Source: Salmonella phage EH1. From it: DNA of 32,000 bases. The first letter of the stretch is position 1. Each line of letters starts with the position of its first letter. Location: sequence record OR413342.1; one strand, written 5' to 3'. Under the pieces are notes generated by a model. It did not search any database and had not been told where the DNA came from. It was given only the letters and a program-made list of their open reading frames with translations. Below, one piece after another: positions 18,333-26,604 of this stretch. The position numbers and the translations under genes were made by a program.

Positions 18333-19742
18333 TTAGCCACCAGAAGCAGTAACTGTAATGCTCTTAGTACCTTCTACACCAGAACCATCTTTAGCTACGG
18401 CTTTCACAGTAACTGCACCAGTCTTAGAAGCATCAGCGGTCAGTAAACCAGAAGTTGCATCAATAGTAGCCGCAGTACCGGAGGAAATAGACCAAGTTAC
18501 TTCCTTATTAGTAGCTTCAGCAGGCAAAACATCTACAGTCATCTGAAGAGTTGCACTATTATCAACGGAAGCTGCATCACCCGCGGATTTAACAGTAATA
18601 CCTGTTACCTTAACCGGAGCTGCTTTACCACCGTCACCAGTTGCAATCAGATTTGCAATAGTAGTTTTGGTGTACTTATTAGAGAAACCAAGATAACCTT
18701 CATCACCGGTGTCCAGATCAGTAGGAATTGCTTTGAACTCTACAGAAGTACCAAGTACATCGTCAGTCTCAATAGTCGGGATGTTAACGTGAGCTTGCTT
18801 AGCAACTAGAACAGCAGCAGGGCGTTCATCATCATATTCACCACCAAGTACTAGAGCGATTTCGAAACGGTTAACTACTTTCAGGGTCTTAGCCAGATCT
18901 TTGTACAGATCCATAGAACCTAGAGCTTTATCGTTAAGATACGCAGTTAGAGAACCAGTTAATTCGAATGCACCAGTAAATGAACCGATTGGGATGTTGA
19001 CACGGGACATGACGTTAGGAGTCAGATAGGTGATGTTGTTGTTGATTGTAAAGCTACCACCAGTGATCGGAATGTCATATGCCTTACCAGTATCCATATC
19101 CTTAATTTTGAGGATAGTCAGTTTGTTCTTGATATAAGAACCCTGGATAGTCATGTAAGTTTCATCATCAATACCTATAGTATCAGGATCAAATGGAGCA
19201 GCATCCAGAGGGATCAGCTGGTTACCATTACCTGACCAAGTTACACGACCGATATCTTCGATATCAACGTTTACTTCAGCCTGGTTGATCTGGCAGGAAT
19301 CGATGTAGCTCCATGCTTTATCAGTAAGGATGTAAATATGTAGCATTGCCAGCTCGTGGTATGCGTTATCCTTAAAGTTAACCATAAAGTTAGCTTCATT
19401 ATTGTGCGCCCCTGTATCACCTTCTAGGTTAAGAGCTTTACCACTAGAAAGTGCATGCCATAACATATAGTCAGGAACAATTTGTTTGCTAGTAGTTTTA
19501 TCTTTATACGGCAGAATATAAGTAGAGAAACTCCACTCAGCCGCGTTTAAAGAGTCATTAAAACGTTTAGAACCACGAGTTGGACGCGGACCAGCTTCAT
19601 TAACAGTAATATCTGTTGAGTTACTGTCCTGACCCCAAGAAATATCATCCTGAACTAGAATCTCTTGCGTGTTGGTCTTATTGTGACCGGTCTTAACCGT
19701 AGACACGAAGATTCGAGTATTACGTAATAGTTGTAAAGACAT
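18333..19742 (-). CDS. Major tail (tube) protein with C-terminal BIG2 Ig-like domain (T5 pb6-like)
   Basis: 469 aa; C-terminal VTGITVKSAGDAASVDNSATLQMTVDVLPAEATNKEVTWSISSGTAATIDATSGLLTA...GTKSITVTA is a Big2-type domain; position fits. Confidence 0.9.
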   Translation of the reverse strand: MSLQLLRNTRIFVSTVKTGHNKTNTQEILVQDDISWGQDSNSTDITVNEAGPRPTRGSKRFNDSLNAAEWSFSTYILPYKDKTTSKQIVPDYMLWHALSSGKALNLEGDTGAHNNEANFMVNFKDNAYHELAMLHIYILTDKAWSYIDSCQINQAEVNVDIEDIGRVTWSGNGNQLIPLDAAPFDPDTIGIDDETYMTIQGSYIKNKLTILKIKDMDTGKAYDIPITGGSFTINNNITYLTPNVMSRVNIPIGSFTGAFELTGSLTAYLNDKALGSMDLYKDLAKTLKVVNRFEIALVLGGEYDDERPAAVLVAKQAHVNIPTIETDDVLGTSVEFKAIPTDLDTGDEGYLGFSNKYTKTTIANLIATGDGGKAAPVKVTGITVKSAGDAASVDNSATLQMTVDVLPAEATNKEVTWSISSGTAATIDATSGLLTADASKTGAVTVKAVAKDGSGVEGTKSITVTASGG

Positions 19743-19768
19743 TTAATTATTTTCTCCTAATCTGTAAC

Positions 19769-20254
19769 TTATCTGCGAAGTGACCTACGTGGAGGCTGAT
19801 ACCTCACTGTTACATTTATTTCTGCTAAACCATATGGGGCCAGTAGACCCTCATCTGTACTAACTGATGTAATGATCATATCAGTTGCCTCACATGGGAA
19901 GGTCGATCCATTAGGTTTACTAACAGTATATTCTAAATTTCCACCTGTGTCAATAACGGTTTTTATATCCGCTACGAGTTTTTCAAGTTGCTCTTGAATG
20001 TCTGTTTTCTCTTTATCGTACACCAGGATTGGAAGTTCTAAAAACATCCACTGTTGGCCCGAAGGAAGATACTGCCCAGTTTCAGTTCCGATATGAACTG
20101 CCACATAAGGAAACTCTCGTATTTCCTCAAATTTATAAGTTTGACGAGAAACGTTTCCGTATAGGTTATTAAAATATTCGTCAGGTTGAGAGCCATCCAT
20201 TTGTTTGGCTATTCGATCAACCAGAGCTTGTGCTATACTTGTTCTGTGATCCAT
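19769..20254 (-). CDS. Tail terminator / tail completion protein (T5 p142-like)
   Basis: 161 aa, located between tail tube and head-tail joining genes; size matches T5 p142. Confidence 0.75.
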   Translation of the reverse strand: MDHRTSIAQALVDRIAKQMDGSQPDEYFNNLYGNVSRQTYKFEEIREFPYVAVHIGTETGQYLPSGQQWMFLELPILVYDKEKTDIQEQLEKLVADIKTVIDTGGNLEYTVSKPNGSTFPCEATDMIITSVSTDEGLLAPYGLAEINVTVRYQPPRRSLRR

Positions 20255-20257
20255 TTA

Positions 20258-21025
20258 TTAGGTTCCTTGATTAACCTTAATTTTGTATCTGGAGTGAATT
20301 AAGTCTCTTGCAGCTTTAGCTATCGCCTCTCCAATTAGTCTTTGAGGGTTTCTAGCACCTGGGTAGGGTCGTAGTGACAATCTTCGATATGTAGATACTG
20401 CAGGATTAAATACTGAATATGGACGTACCATATAATTATATGTAACGTTTAATTCCGGAGCACCTTTGCTAGTTCCAGCATCTCTAAGCATAACATCTTT
20501 AACTTTTAGAGAGTTTGCAAAACGACCTGTTCTAAATTTAAGTGGAGCTCCTGCTTTTTTCATATCCTTTATTAAGTATTCTTTAGCAACCAACTCCAGA
20601 ATAACCTTCATATTACTATTTGATACAAAACGACCAGAAGCACCTGTTACTGCACCAGAATATCCATCTTCTACGTCTCTAGGATCCCCAAAGTTTACTT
20701 GAACTCTACCAGTAGAACGTTTTTTACCTACAGCAGATTTTTTACCAGCGGTTGCTTGTACTAAATTCTCTAGAGCACCTAAATCTCCTGTTAGATCTAA
20801 GCTAGAAGAAACTGCTTTTAGAATAGAAGCGGTCCTAACATTAAGGAGATCTTGGGATACAGGTTTTGAGAATTTAAAAGATACCTGAGCAACAGTACCA
20901 TCTCTAGTAGGATCTTTCAGTCCTGTTTCAACAGAATATACAACAGTATTCTTATTGTTCTCGGAACGCCCAACATTATCTAGCTGCTCCTTAATAATTT
21001 GTGTAGCTAAATCAGAAAGAGACAT
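20258..21025 (-). CDS. Head-tail joining / adaptor protein (T5 p143-like)
   Basis: 255 aa; position in the completion-protein cluster. Confidence 0.68.
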   Translation of the reverse strand: MSLSDLATQIIKEQLDNVGRSENNKNTVVYSVETGLKDPTRDGTVAQVSFKFSKPVSQDLLNVRTASILKAVSSSLDLTGDLGALENLVQATAGKKSAVGKKRSTGRVQVNFGDPRDVEDGYSGAVTGASGRFVSNSNMKVILELVAKEYLIKDMKKAGAPLKFRTGRFANSLKVKDVMLRDAGTSKGAPELNVTYNYMVRPYSVFNPAVSTYRRLSLRPYPGARNPQRLIGEAIAKAARDLIHSRYKIKVNQGT

Positions 21026-21537
21026 TATACTCTCCTGTAAACTTCAATAATAGTACGAATATGCTCTGGAATACCAGACTTAGTATTATTAAAAGTAACT
21101 GTTTCTCCGCCAATTGTTTTAGCTTGACGGTAATCCTGTTTATGCCAATGATCTACTAGCATACATGCTGCAAGTTTGAGATCCTCAGGTATTGGATTAA
21201 ATCCACCTTGTGTGTATTCTACATCCATATAACCTTCTGGGGGATTAAATTTAAGAAGTATAACCCCATCAGAATACAACTTATATTGTTCTGGATCTAT
21301 CTCCTTGTCGTTAATAGTCATTTTGGTTACTGAAGTAGCCGAGGGAGAACTTAAGAAGTATTTTTTACGAGTAGGTTTTGTATTGATTAACTGGTCTACC
21401 GCATCAGCATCATCCATACCTAAAAGGCTAGTAATCAGCGCATTGGCAGCAGTAATCATCATCTCTACTCCAGATTCTAGTTCAGGTCGTTTTAACCCAC
21501 CATATAATCTATAGTCTTCAGCTGTGATTATTTGCAT
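21025..21537 (-). CDS. Head completion protein (T5 p144-like, HK97 gp6-type fold expected)
   Basis: 170 aa; MQIITAEDYRLYGGLKR..EMMITAANALITSLLGM...FNPIPEDLKLAACMLVDHWH resembles head-tail connector proteins. Confidence 0.8.
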   Translation of the reverse strand: MQIITAEDYRLYGGLKRPELESGVEMMITAANALITSLLGMDDADAVDQLINTKPTRKKYFLSSPSATSVTKMTINDKEIDPEQYKLYSDGVILLKFNPPEGYMDVEYTQGGFNPIPEDLKLAACMLVDHWHKQDYRQAKTIGGETVTFNNTKSGIPEHIRTIIEVYRRV

Positions 21538-21551
21538 TTATTTTTCCCAAT

Positions 21552-21577
21552 AAAAAAGGAGAGCCGAAGCTCTCCTT
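21552..21577 (-). terminator. Intrinsic terminator / attenuator after the major capsid gene, directly upstream of the head completion gene
   Basis: Minus strand: AAGGAGAGC-TTCG-GCTCTCCTT followed by a T-run; UUCG tetraloop. Confidence 0.94.
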
Positions 21578-21596
21578 ATCGGCTGAAAAGCCTGTA

Positions 21597-22973
21597 TTAA
21601 GATGCAGCGTAAGCACCAGATACAACGCCATTTGCAAAGTAACGTTGCAGGTTAACACGCTGAGTAACATAGTATGCATCACGCTGTTTACCAGCTTGAC
21701 GCTCACGTTCAACAGTAACAGCACGCTGACGTGGCATTACGAAGTTATCTTTATAAACAATAACTGCGAACTCTTTATCAACCGCTTTAGCTGGGAAGTA
21801 CTCAGAAACTACAACCGGCAGACCATAAATACGACCAACCTGACCTTGCAGTTTAACAGCATCGTTACCAACCTGTGCAACATCCTGCCATTCTTCATCT
21901 TCCAGCAAGTCGTAGTAAGCATCCATAGATACGATCAGTACCAGTTTGCTCAGTTTCAGACCATGACGGCCAAGTTTACGACGCAGTTTAGAGATAGTTT
22001 TAGCAGTTACCAGAACAGTACCATCAGCTTTAGCTTCAGTAGTAACTTTAGCACCATCTTCGCTAGCAAGAGTCAACAGGCCTTTCGGCTTACCAGAACC
22101 ATCACCAGTCATAAACGCTTCTTCGATGGAAACAGCGTGTGCTTCAATCAGGCGTTTACGCAGCAGAGGCAGCAGAGAGAAGATTGCATCTTCTTCAGTT
22201 TCATCAGTAATGAAGGACTTGGCAGCCAGTTTGTAAGTACTGAAATGAATTTCAGTCAGAGCACCTTTAACTTCTTCACCAGTAGTTGTATCAGTACCAT
22301 AAGTAGAAGCAGCAACCCAAGTAGCTTTACCAGCATCTGGTTCAACTAGCATAGTAAGAATCTTACTGGACATCGGCAGTTCTTCGAACAGTGCGCCAAC
22401 TACCAGTTCTTTCTGCAGATCACGAATGATACGCTGGGAGAAAATAGTTTCATAGTTTTCACTGGAAACCTGAACTGAAGAAGAGGAGTTTACAGCTTTA
22501 AGGTGATTCTGACCATGTTCAGTTTCGAATACGCCTTTTTCCATTACATAGGATAGCAGAACTAGTTTTTCAACTTCATCTTCGAAAGCGTCCTGAGTAC
22601 CATACAGTGCTTTAGCTACGCTATCACCAACGAAGGAACGACCTTCACGAGCTGCTAGCAGAGATTTAATTTCATCCTGAAGACCAACAATAGTTTCCTG
22701 CTGTTTTTCTACAGTCTGTGCAAACAGTTCTGCGCTCTTCTTAGACTTCTCATCCAGAGACTTAACCAGTTCCAGAGCTTGTTCCAGTTTCTGACGATCT
22801 TCGCCAACTGCTTTAGAAACCAGGTCATTCATACGAGCCAGTTCTTTTTCTTCCTGCTCTTTACGCATACGTTCAGCTTCAGCAGCTTTCTGAGCAGCGG
22901 TCAGACCTTCCAGAGATTTAGCCAGATCACCCAGACCAAGTTCTTCTTTCAGCTTATTAATATCAATAGTCAT
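21597..22973 (-). CDS. Major capsid protein (HK97 fold, T5 pb8-like) with N-terminal delta domain
   Basis: Track start 22991 (MENYLK...) probably extends the gene; ATG at 22973 gives 458 aa beginning MTIDINKLKEELG with GGAG upstream, the length I recall for T5 pb8. Coiled-coil delta domain about 160 aa, then HK97-type body. Confidence 0.93.
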   Translation of the reverse strand: MTIDINKLKEELGLGDLAKSLEGLTAAQKAAEAERMRKEQEEKELARMNDLVSKAVGEDRQKLEQALELVKSLDEKSKKSAELFAQTVEKQQETIVGLQDEIKSLLAAREGRSFVGDSVAKALYGTQDAFEDEVEKLVLLSYVMEKGVFETEHGQNHLKAVNSSSSVQVSSENYETIFSQRIIRDLQKELVVGALFEELPMSSKILTMLVEPDAGKATWVAASTYGTDTTTGEEVKGALTEIHFSTYKLAAKSFITDETEEDAIFSLLPLLRKRLIEAHAVSIEEAFMTGDGSGKPKGLLTLASEDGAKVTTEAKADGTVLVTAKTISKLRRKLGRHGLKLSKLVLIVSMDAYYDLLEDEEWQDVAQVGNDAVKLQGQVGRIYGLPVVVSEYFPAKAVDKEFAVIVYKDNFVMPRQRAVTVERERQAGKQRDAYYVTQRVNLQRYFANGVVSGAYAAS

Positions 22974-22990
22974 TTTTAAATAATTCTCCA

Positions 22991-23623
22991 TTATTCTTTA
23001 ACGTAGCCTAAAGCTATCGCAAGTTTTTCTAGTTCAGAAAGATTACGTTCTTGAGCTGGGACAGCTTTAGAACTTATTGCAGTAAAAGATTTTCGCCATT
23101 CAGTATAATCATGACCATTCATACTCTTAGCGAGGTTGAATGTTGAGTCCTGATTACAAGGTACAGAAACTACCGAAACTTCGTATAGTTCTAAATCTTT
23201 AATAATAAATATATCAGTAGCTTCATCCCACTCTGCATCTAGGCAGCGGAATCCGATACTAAAAGTTTTCAGTACACCGTTTTTAATTAGTGAAAAGATA
23301 GCCGGATCAGAACTTTCATAGATCTCGCATTCGATTTCGAGACCCATTTCAGTAGGATTAAGATCAATACACTTGCCGATTGGACGACGATGGTCGTGTC
23401 CGAAAAGAATAATCGGATTTTTCATGTAGTTAGCAAGTGCATTAGATGTTTTCCATGCCGAAGCAGGGATTACATCACCAGCGCGATCTTTACTAATTGT
23501 ATTAGCGAATCCACGGATTTTTACAACACCCTCTTTGGATTCGCTATCAATAGATTTAATATAAGCATCTAAATGAACCGGTGCTGATTTTAACTTGTTA
23601 TAGTCAATAGCAGCTTGTGTCAT
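22991..23623 (-). CDS. Prohead protease (HK97 family, T5 pb11-like)
   Basis: 210 aa; GVVKIRGFANTISKDRAGDVIPASAWK, NPIILFGHDHRRPIG, FSIGFRC, LYEVSVVSVPCN motifs of the U35/HK97 protease. Confidence 0.95.
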   Translation of the reverse strand: MTQAAIDYNKLKSAPVHLDAYIKSIDSESKEGVVKIRGFANTISKDRAGDVIPASAWKTSNALANYMKNPIILFGHDHRRPIGKCIDLNPTEMGLEIECEIYESSDPAIFSLIKNGVLKTFSIGFRCLDAEWDEATDIFIIKDLELYEVSVVSVPCNQDSTFNLAKSMNGHDYTEWRKSFTAISSKAVPAQERNLSELEKLAIALGYVKE

Positions 23624-23626
23624 TTA

Positions 23627-24118
23627 TTAGCCTCCAACACCAGGATTAACCGTTACTGTACATGCAGTAGAGTCCTTACTAACTTTCTTACTATCTGTTA
23701 CAGTTACTTTATAAGCTCCAGAATCATCAGTAGCTGCTGCAGGCTTAGTATAGGTAGCTCCTGAAGCATCTGGAATAGGAGAACCATCTTTAGTCCATGC
23801 ATAAGTATATGGACCAGTACCACCGGTTGCAGTAACAGAAAGTGTTAATGCTGCTCCCTCTTCAACGGACATGCTAGCAGCTAAATCTTTAGAAAGAGTT
23901 AAGGGCGGAGCAGGCGGAGCAGGAGGAACTGCTTTACCATATGCCTCTACAAATTTCTTCCATACTTTACGGTTAGTATGCGCAGATGAAAGTCCTAGTT
24001 CTCTACGCAGAAAAGCATAGCTAGGAACATATTTATGCGCAGCAACCGTAGCAAAGAAGATATGAGATTCTGGTAGTTTTTCACCAAAAATGGTCTTTAG
24101 ACCATTATAATCAATCAT
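23627..24118 (-). CDS. Capsid decoration protein (T5 pb10-like): capsid-binding domain, Pro-rich linker, Ig-like domain
   Basis: 163 aa, near-identical in my recollection to T5 pb10 (MIDY.GL.TIFGEKLPESHIFFATVAAHKYVPSYAFLRRELGLSSAHTNRKVWKKFVEAYGKA.PPAPPAPP...). Confidence 0.96.
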   Translation of the reverse strand: MIDYNGLKTIFGEKLPESHIFFATVAAHKYVPSYAFLRRELGLSSAHTNRKVWKKFVEAYGKAVPPAPPAPPLTLSKDLAASMSVEEGAALTLSVTATGGTGPYTYAWTKDGSPIPDASGATYTKPAAATDDSGAYKVTVTDSKKVSKDSTACTVTVNPGVGG

Positions 24119-25332
24119 TCTTTATCTCCCTCGGTGGAACCTTGAGGTCTACCACCTTCTTGACCAGATACACCTGTTGCAGAACCAGCGACGTTAGCAG
24201 GAATACGAATCTTATTCATCTGCTCATCATCTAAAGGTTCAAGGTTCAGCTCTAAACGAGCTTCATTACCAGTCATAATACCATTATTAACCAATGAGGT
24301 TAAATGTTTAGCCTCAGCTTCTTTGTCTGGTGTTAACGCAGCTACTTCCTTAGTATTAGGAGTAATCTTATAACCAAAAAAGAAAGTAAGAGAACTAGTC
24401 AGCTTGTTCAGCATAGGGATGATAGTCATGTAATAGAACAGTTCGATATTTGGTCGAATGTTCGCATTATTACCGCCATCAAGTAACACTTGCGGAACAC
24501 CAAAGGCTAGACAGATAGATTTATTAAATCCTTCAATGTCTTCCTTAAAGTCTAGATCTTTAAAAGAGGATATTTGGGAGTACGGTTTAGCTTTCATACC
24601 ACCATCTAGAATCAGGACAGAGGACTGACCAGTACTAGGATTATAATCTAGTTGTAATTCTTCTTGTTTACGCTCACGCAATTTCTTGTTCAGGATTTCA
24701 TCCGTCTCAAGAATAAGACCAATCACGGTTCCGTTATCGAGGAACTTCTCTTTAAAGTTAAGCATCTTAGAACGCTTCTCAAGAGAATCAATAACAGTAG
24801 CAACACGAGATTGTCCAGAAATTTGAGAATTTGTGCCACACACGTAACTGTTATCCTTTATAAAGATAATCTCATCTACGCGATAGTCTATCTGATTATT
24901 AAATATAAATTTTTTGATAAACTTATTGGCATCTGCCTCGACCTGCATAAGAGCAGCCGGGACGTGGTAAAGCGATGTGCCATCCCAATAGATGTATGCA
25001 CAACCTTCAAAAAGTAGGTCAGTGACTACAAGTCTACGGAATGTGCTTATATCCATGAATGGATTAGGTCGTACATTTAAGAGAGTGTCTAGAGTCTTTG
25101 TTTTGACGCCATTAGCGTACGTAACAATATTATATTTATCTCCGACAGTATAAGAACACTCCGCCGCACTATCTATAACCATATTAGCAGTTCTATTGAG
25201 AATCTCAATTTTACTGTAGGCTTGTCCAGTGGTAAAAGGCTTACGGTTAGTGCGATGACTAACTGGTTCCATGTCTCTTATAATACGTTGACCCGGATTT
25301 AGCTTTTCAGTAATCCAGCTTTTAAAACCCAT
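24115..25332 (-). CDS. Portal protein (T5 pb7-like)
   Basis: 405 aa, HK97-type portal sequence (GQAYSKIEILNRTANMVIDSAAECSYTV..., MTGNEARLELNLEPL); upstream of prohead protease. Confidence 0.93.
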   Translation of the reverse strand: MGFKSWITEKLNPGQRIIRDMEPVSHRTNRKPFTTGQAYSKIEILNRTANMVIDSAAECSYTVGDKYNIVTYANGVKTKTLDTLLNVRPNPFMDISTFRRLVVTDLLFEGCAYIYWDGTSLYHVPAALMQVEADANKFIKKFIFNNQIDYRVDEIIFIKDNSYVCGTNSQISGQSRVATVIDSLEKRSKMLNFKEKFLDNGTVIGLILETDEILNKKLRERKQEELQLDYNPSTGQSSVLILDGGMKAKPYSQISSFKDLDFKEDIEGFNKSICLAFGVPQVLLDGGNNANIRPNIELFYYMTIIPMLNKLTSSLTFFFGYKITPNTKEVAALTPDKEAEAKHLTSLVNNGIMTGNEARLELNLEPLDDEQMNKIRIPANVAGSATGVSGQEGGRPQGSTEGDKE

Positions 25333-25769
25333 TATAAGAACCTTGCGAATCCTGATTTTGTTTCAGTCTTGACTTGTGTCTTTTCTTGAGGATTCTGTAA
25401 TTTGTCTTTCTGCTTTTGAACCCACACTTTTTGCTTATTAGCAGAAAATAAAGGAGGTTCTTTTGTGTAAACCTTATGTAATAATTGGTGATGGTGCTGG
25501 CACAATGTTACCACGTCCCTAACTAACTCATGCTCATATTTCTTGTAGAATGCTTCCCTATTTGAAAGGACGATATTCTCATCAGTGAAATCCAGCTGGA
25601 GTTCTTTAGCAAATTTTTTTATTAGCTGAGATATAGTATGATAGTGATGAAGTTCTAGGTCTTCACTACTACCACATATAGCACAGCAACCATCCTTACT
25701 ATACCTAGATTTTATACCATCTCTCATTATGGAAATGGCATCACGTTTGTACTTAGTATTAGTGGCCAT
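25332..25769 (-). CDS. HNH nuclease-like protein
   Basis: CCAICGSSEDLELHHYHTIS...VTLCQHHHQLLHK is an HNH/zinc-finger pattern. Track start 25784; ATG at 25769 (MATNTKYKRD, 145 aa) is preceded by GGAGG and is the better start. Confidence 0.85.
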   Translation of the reverse strand: MATNTKYKRDAISIMRDGIKSRYSKDGCCAICGSSEDLELHHYHTISQLIKKFAKELQLDFTDENIVLSNREAFYKKYEHELVRDVVTLCQHHHQLLHKVYTKEPPLFSANKQKVWVQKQKDKLQNPQEKTQVKTETKSGFARFL

Positions 25770-26433
25770 AATCCTCCAATCCAAAGCTACTTAGAAAGAT
25801 TACTATATCCTCAGGAGCAACATTAAAAAATTCCGTGCTTCCTGTAAAATTAGAAAACCCACAGTTTTTATTAAAATATTCTCTGTGAACTTCCTTTTCT
25901 AAATCTAAAGCAGTCTCTCTATCTGGCAGATGATACATGGTGAACAAGTATAGGTCAGAAAATCCAGATTCTCTTTTAACTTCATTCAGCCGTTTCTCAG
26001 GGTATAAGCTTATGCCTACTTTAGTACCTCTAGAGGAGGACATGATATAGAGGAATCCGCCATTCTCCCACTTAAGAGAACAATAAGGACATCTCTTACC
26101 TTGAGTCAATCCATCTAAGGTAATGAAACAGTCATGTCCATTATTGCAGCGTAGATGTAGTTTTGTTTTAGCATTAGTATAGCTGCTTAACAGAGTATAC
26201 CCTATGTTAGATATTCTGTTACTAACTTCATCTAACGATATTGTATTATTGGAGCAGTGTGGACAACCTCTCCTCATATGGAGTATAGAATGTGGTGTTG
26301 CTTCCCAAACGTGTGCTCTCTGGCATTTAAATACTGTTTTTGTACGTTGGTTTACATATTCACCGACAATTTGGATTCCACGATCAGCTAATCTAATATT
26401 TATATCTTTTATTGTTAGCTTTTGTCGACCCAT
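25759..26433 (-). CDS. Endonuclease-like protein: two zinc-ribbon repeats plus GIY-YIG-like (T5orf172/MUG113-type) domain
   Basis: 224 aa; CQRAHVWEATPHSILHMRRGCPHC and CNNGHDCFITLDGLTQGKRCPYC zinc motifs; GGFLYIMSSSRGTKVGISLYPEKRLNEVKRES...EKEVHREY GIY-YIG-like segment; AGGAG RBS. Confidence 0.82.
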   Translation of the reverse strand: MGRQKLTIKDINIRLADRGIQIVGEYVNQRTKTVFKCQRAHVWEATPHSILHMRRGCPHCSNNTISLDEVSNRISNIGYTLLSSYTNAKTKLHLRCNNGHDCFITLDGLTQGKRCPYCSLKWENGGFLYIMSSSRGTKVGISLYPEKRLNEVKRESGFSDLYLFTMYHLPDRETALDLEKEVHREYFNKNCGFSNFTGSTEFFNVAPEDIVIFLSSFGLEDYGH

Positions 26434-26488
26434 AGAATCTCCTACACCTCATGTAGAGCATTAATTTTTCTTGTTTACGTTCTATTAT

Positions 26489-26503
26489 GGGAGAAGTTCT
26501 CCC
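26489..26503. repeat. Dyad symmetry in the putative 5' UTR of the GIY-YIG-like gene
   Basis: GGGAGAAgTTCTCCC: 7-nt arms around one central base (as a hairpin, 6 bp with 3-nt loop). Confidence 0.7.
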
Positions 26504-26516
26504 GATCAATGAATAT

Positions 26517-26545
26517 AGTATACATAATCGTATCGAATTTGTAAA
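26517..26545 (-). promoter_or_regulatory. Sigma70-like promoter upstream of endonuclease-portal-capsid unit
   Basis: Minus strand: TTTACA (26545-26540), 17-nt spacer, TATACT (26522-26517). Confidence 0.8.
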
Positions 26546-26561
26546 GGGGATTTTAAAATGC

Positions 26562-26596
26562 AGGAATGGGATACCAACTGAGTAGTATCCCATCCT
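26562..26596 (-). terminator. Probable terminator or processing hairpin downstream of terminase large subunit
   Basis: AGGAaTGGGATAC-caactgagta-GTATCCCATCCT (12-bp stem with one bulge); U-tract on minus is weak (GCATTTTAAAAT). Confidence 0.6.
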
Positions 26597-26604
26597 ATAC
26601 TTAT

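Noticed and set aside
21645-22349. Plus-strand 234-aa ORF antisense to the major capsid gene
   Set aside because: Ser/Thr/Phe-rich low-complexity translation typical of the reverse complement of a highly expressed gene with biased codons; no RBS or domain; the capsid assignment on minus is very strong.
22974-22991. Capsid start at 22991 (MENYLK extension) given in the track
   Set aside because: ATG at 22973 gives 458 aa, the length I recall for T5 pb8, and has GGAG upstream; the upstream ATG lies at the junction with the protease stop.
24664-25017. Plus-strand 117-aa ORF antisense to portal
   Set aside because: No recognisable domain, embedded in a confidently assigned portal gene; considered chance.
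26393-26593. 66-aa minus-strand ORF overlapping the start of the GIY-YIG-like gene
   Set aside because: Spans the predicted promoter, dyad and 5' UTR in a different frame; no RBS; non-protein-like sequence.
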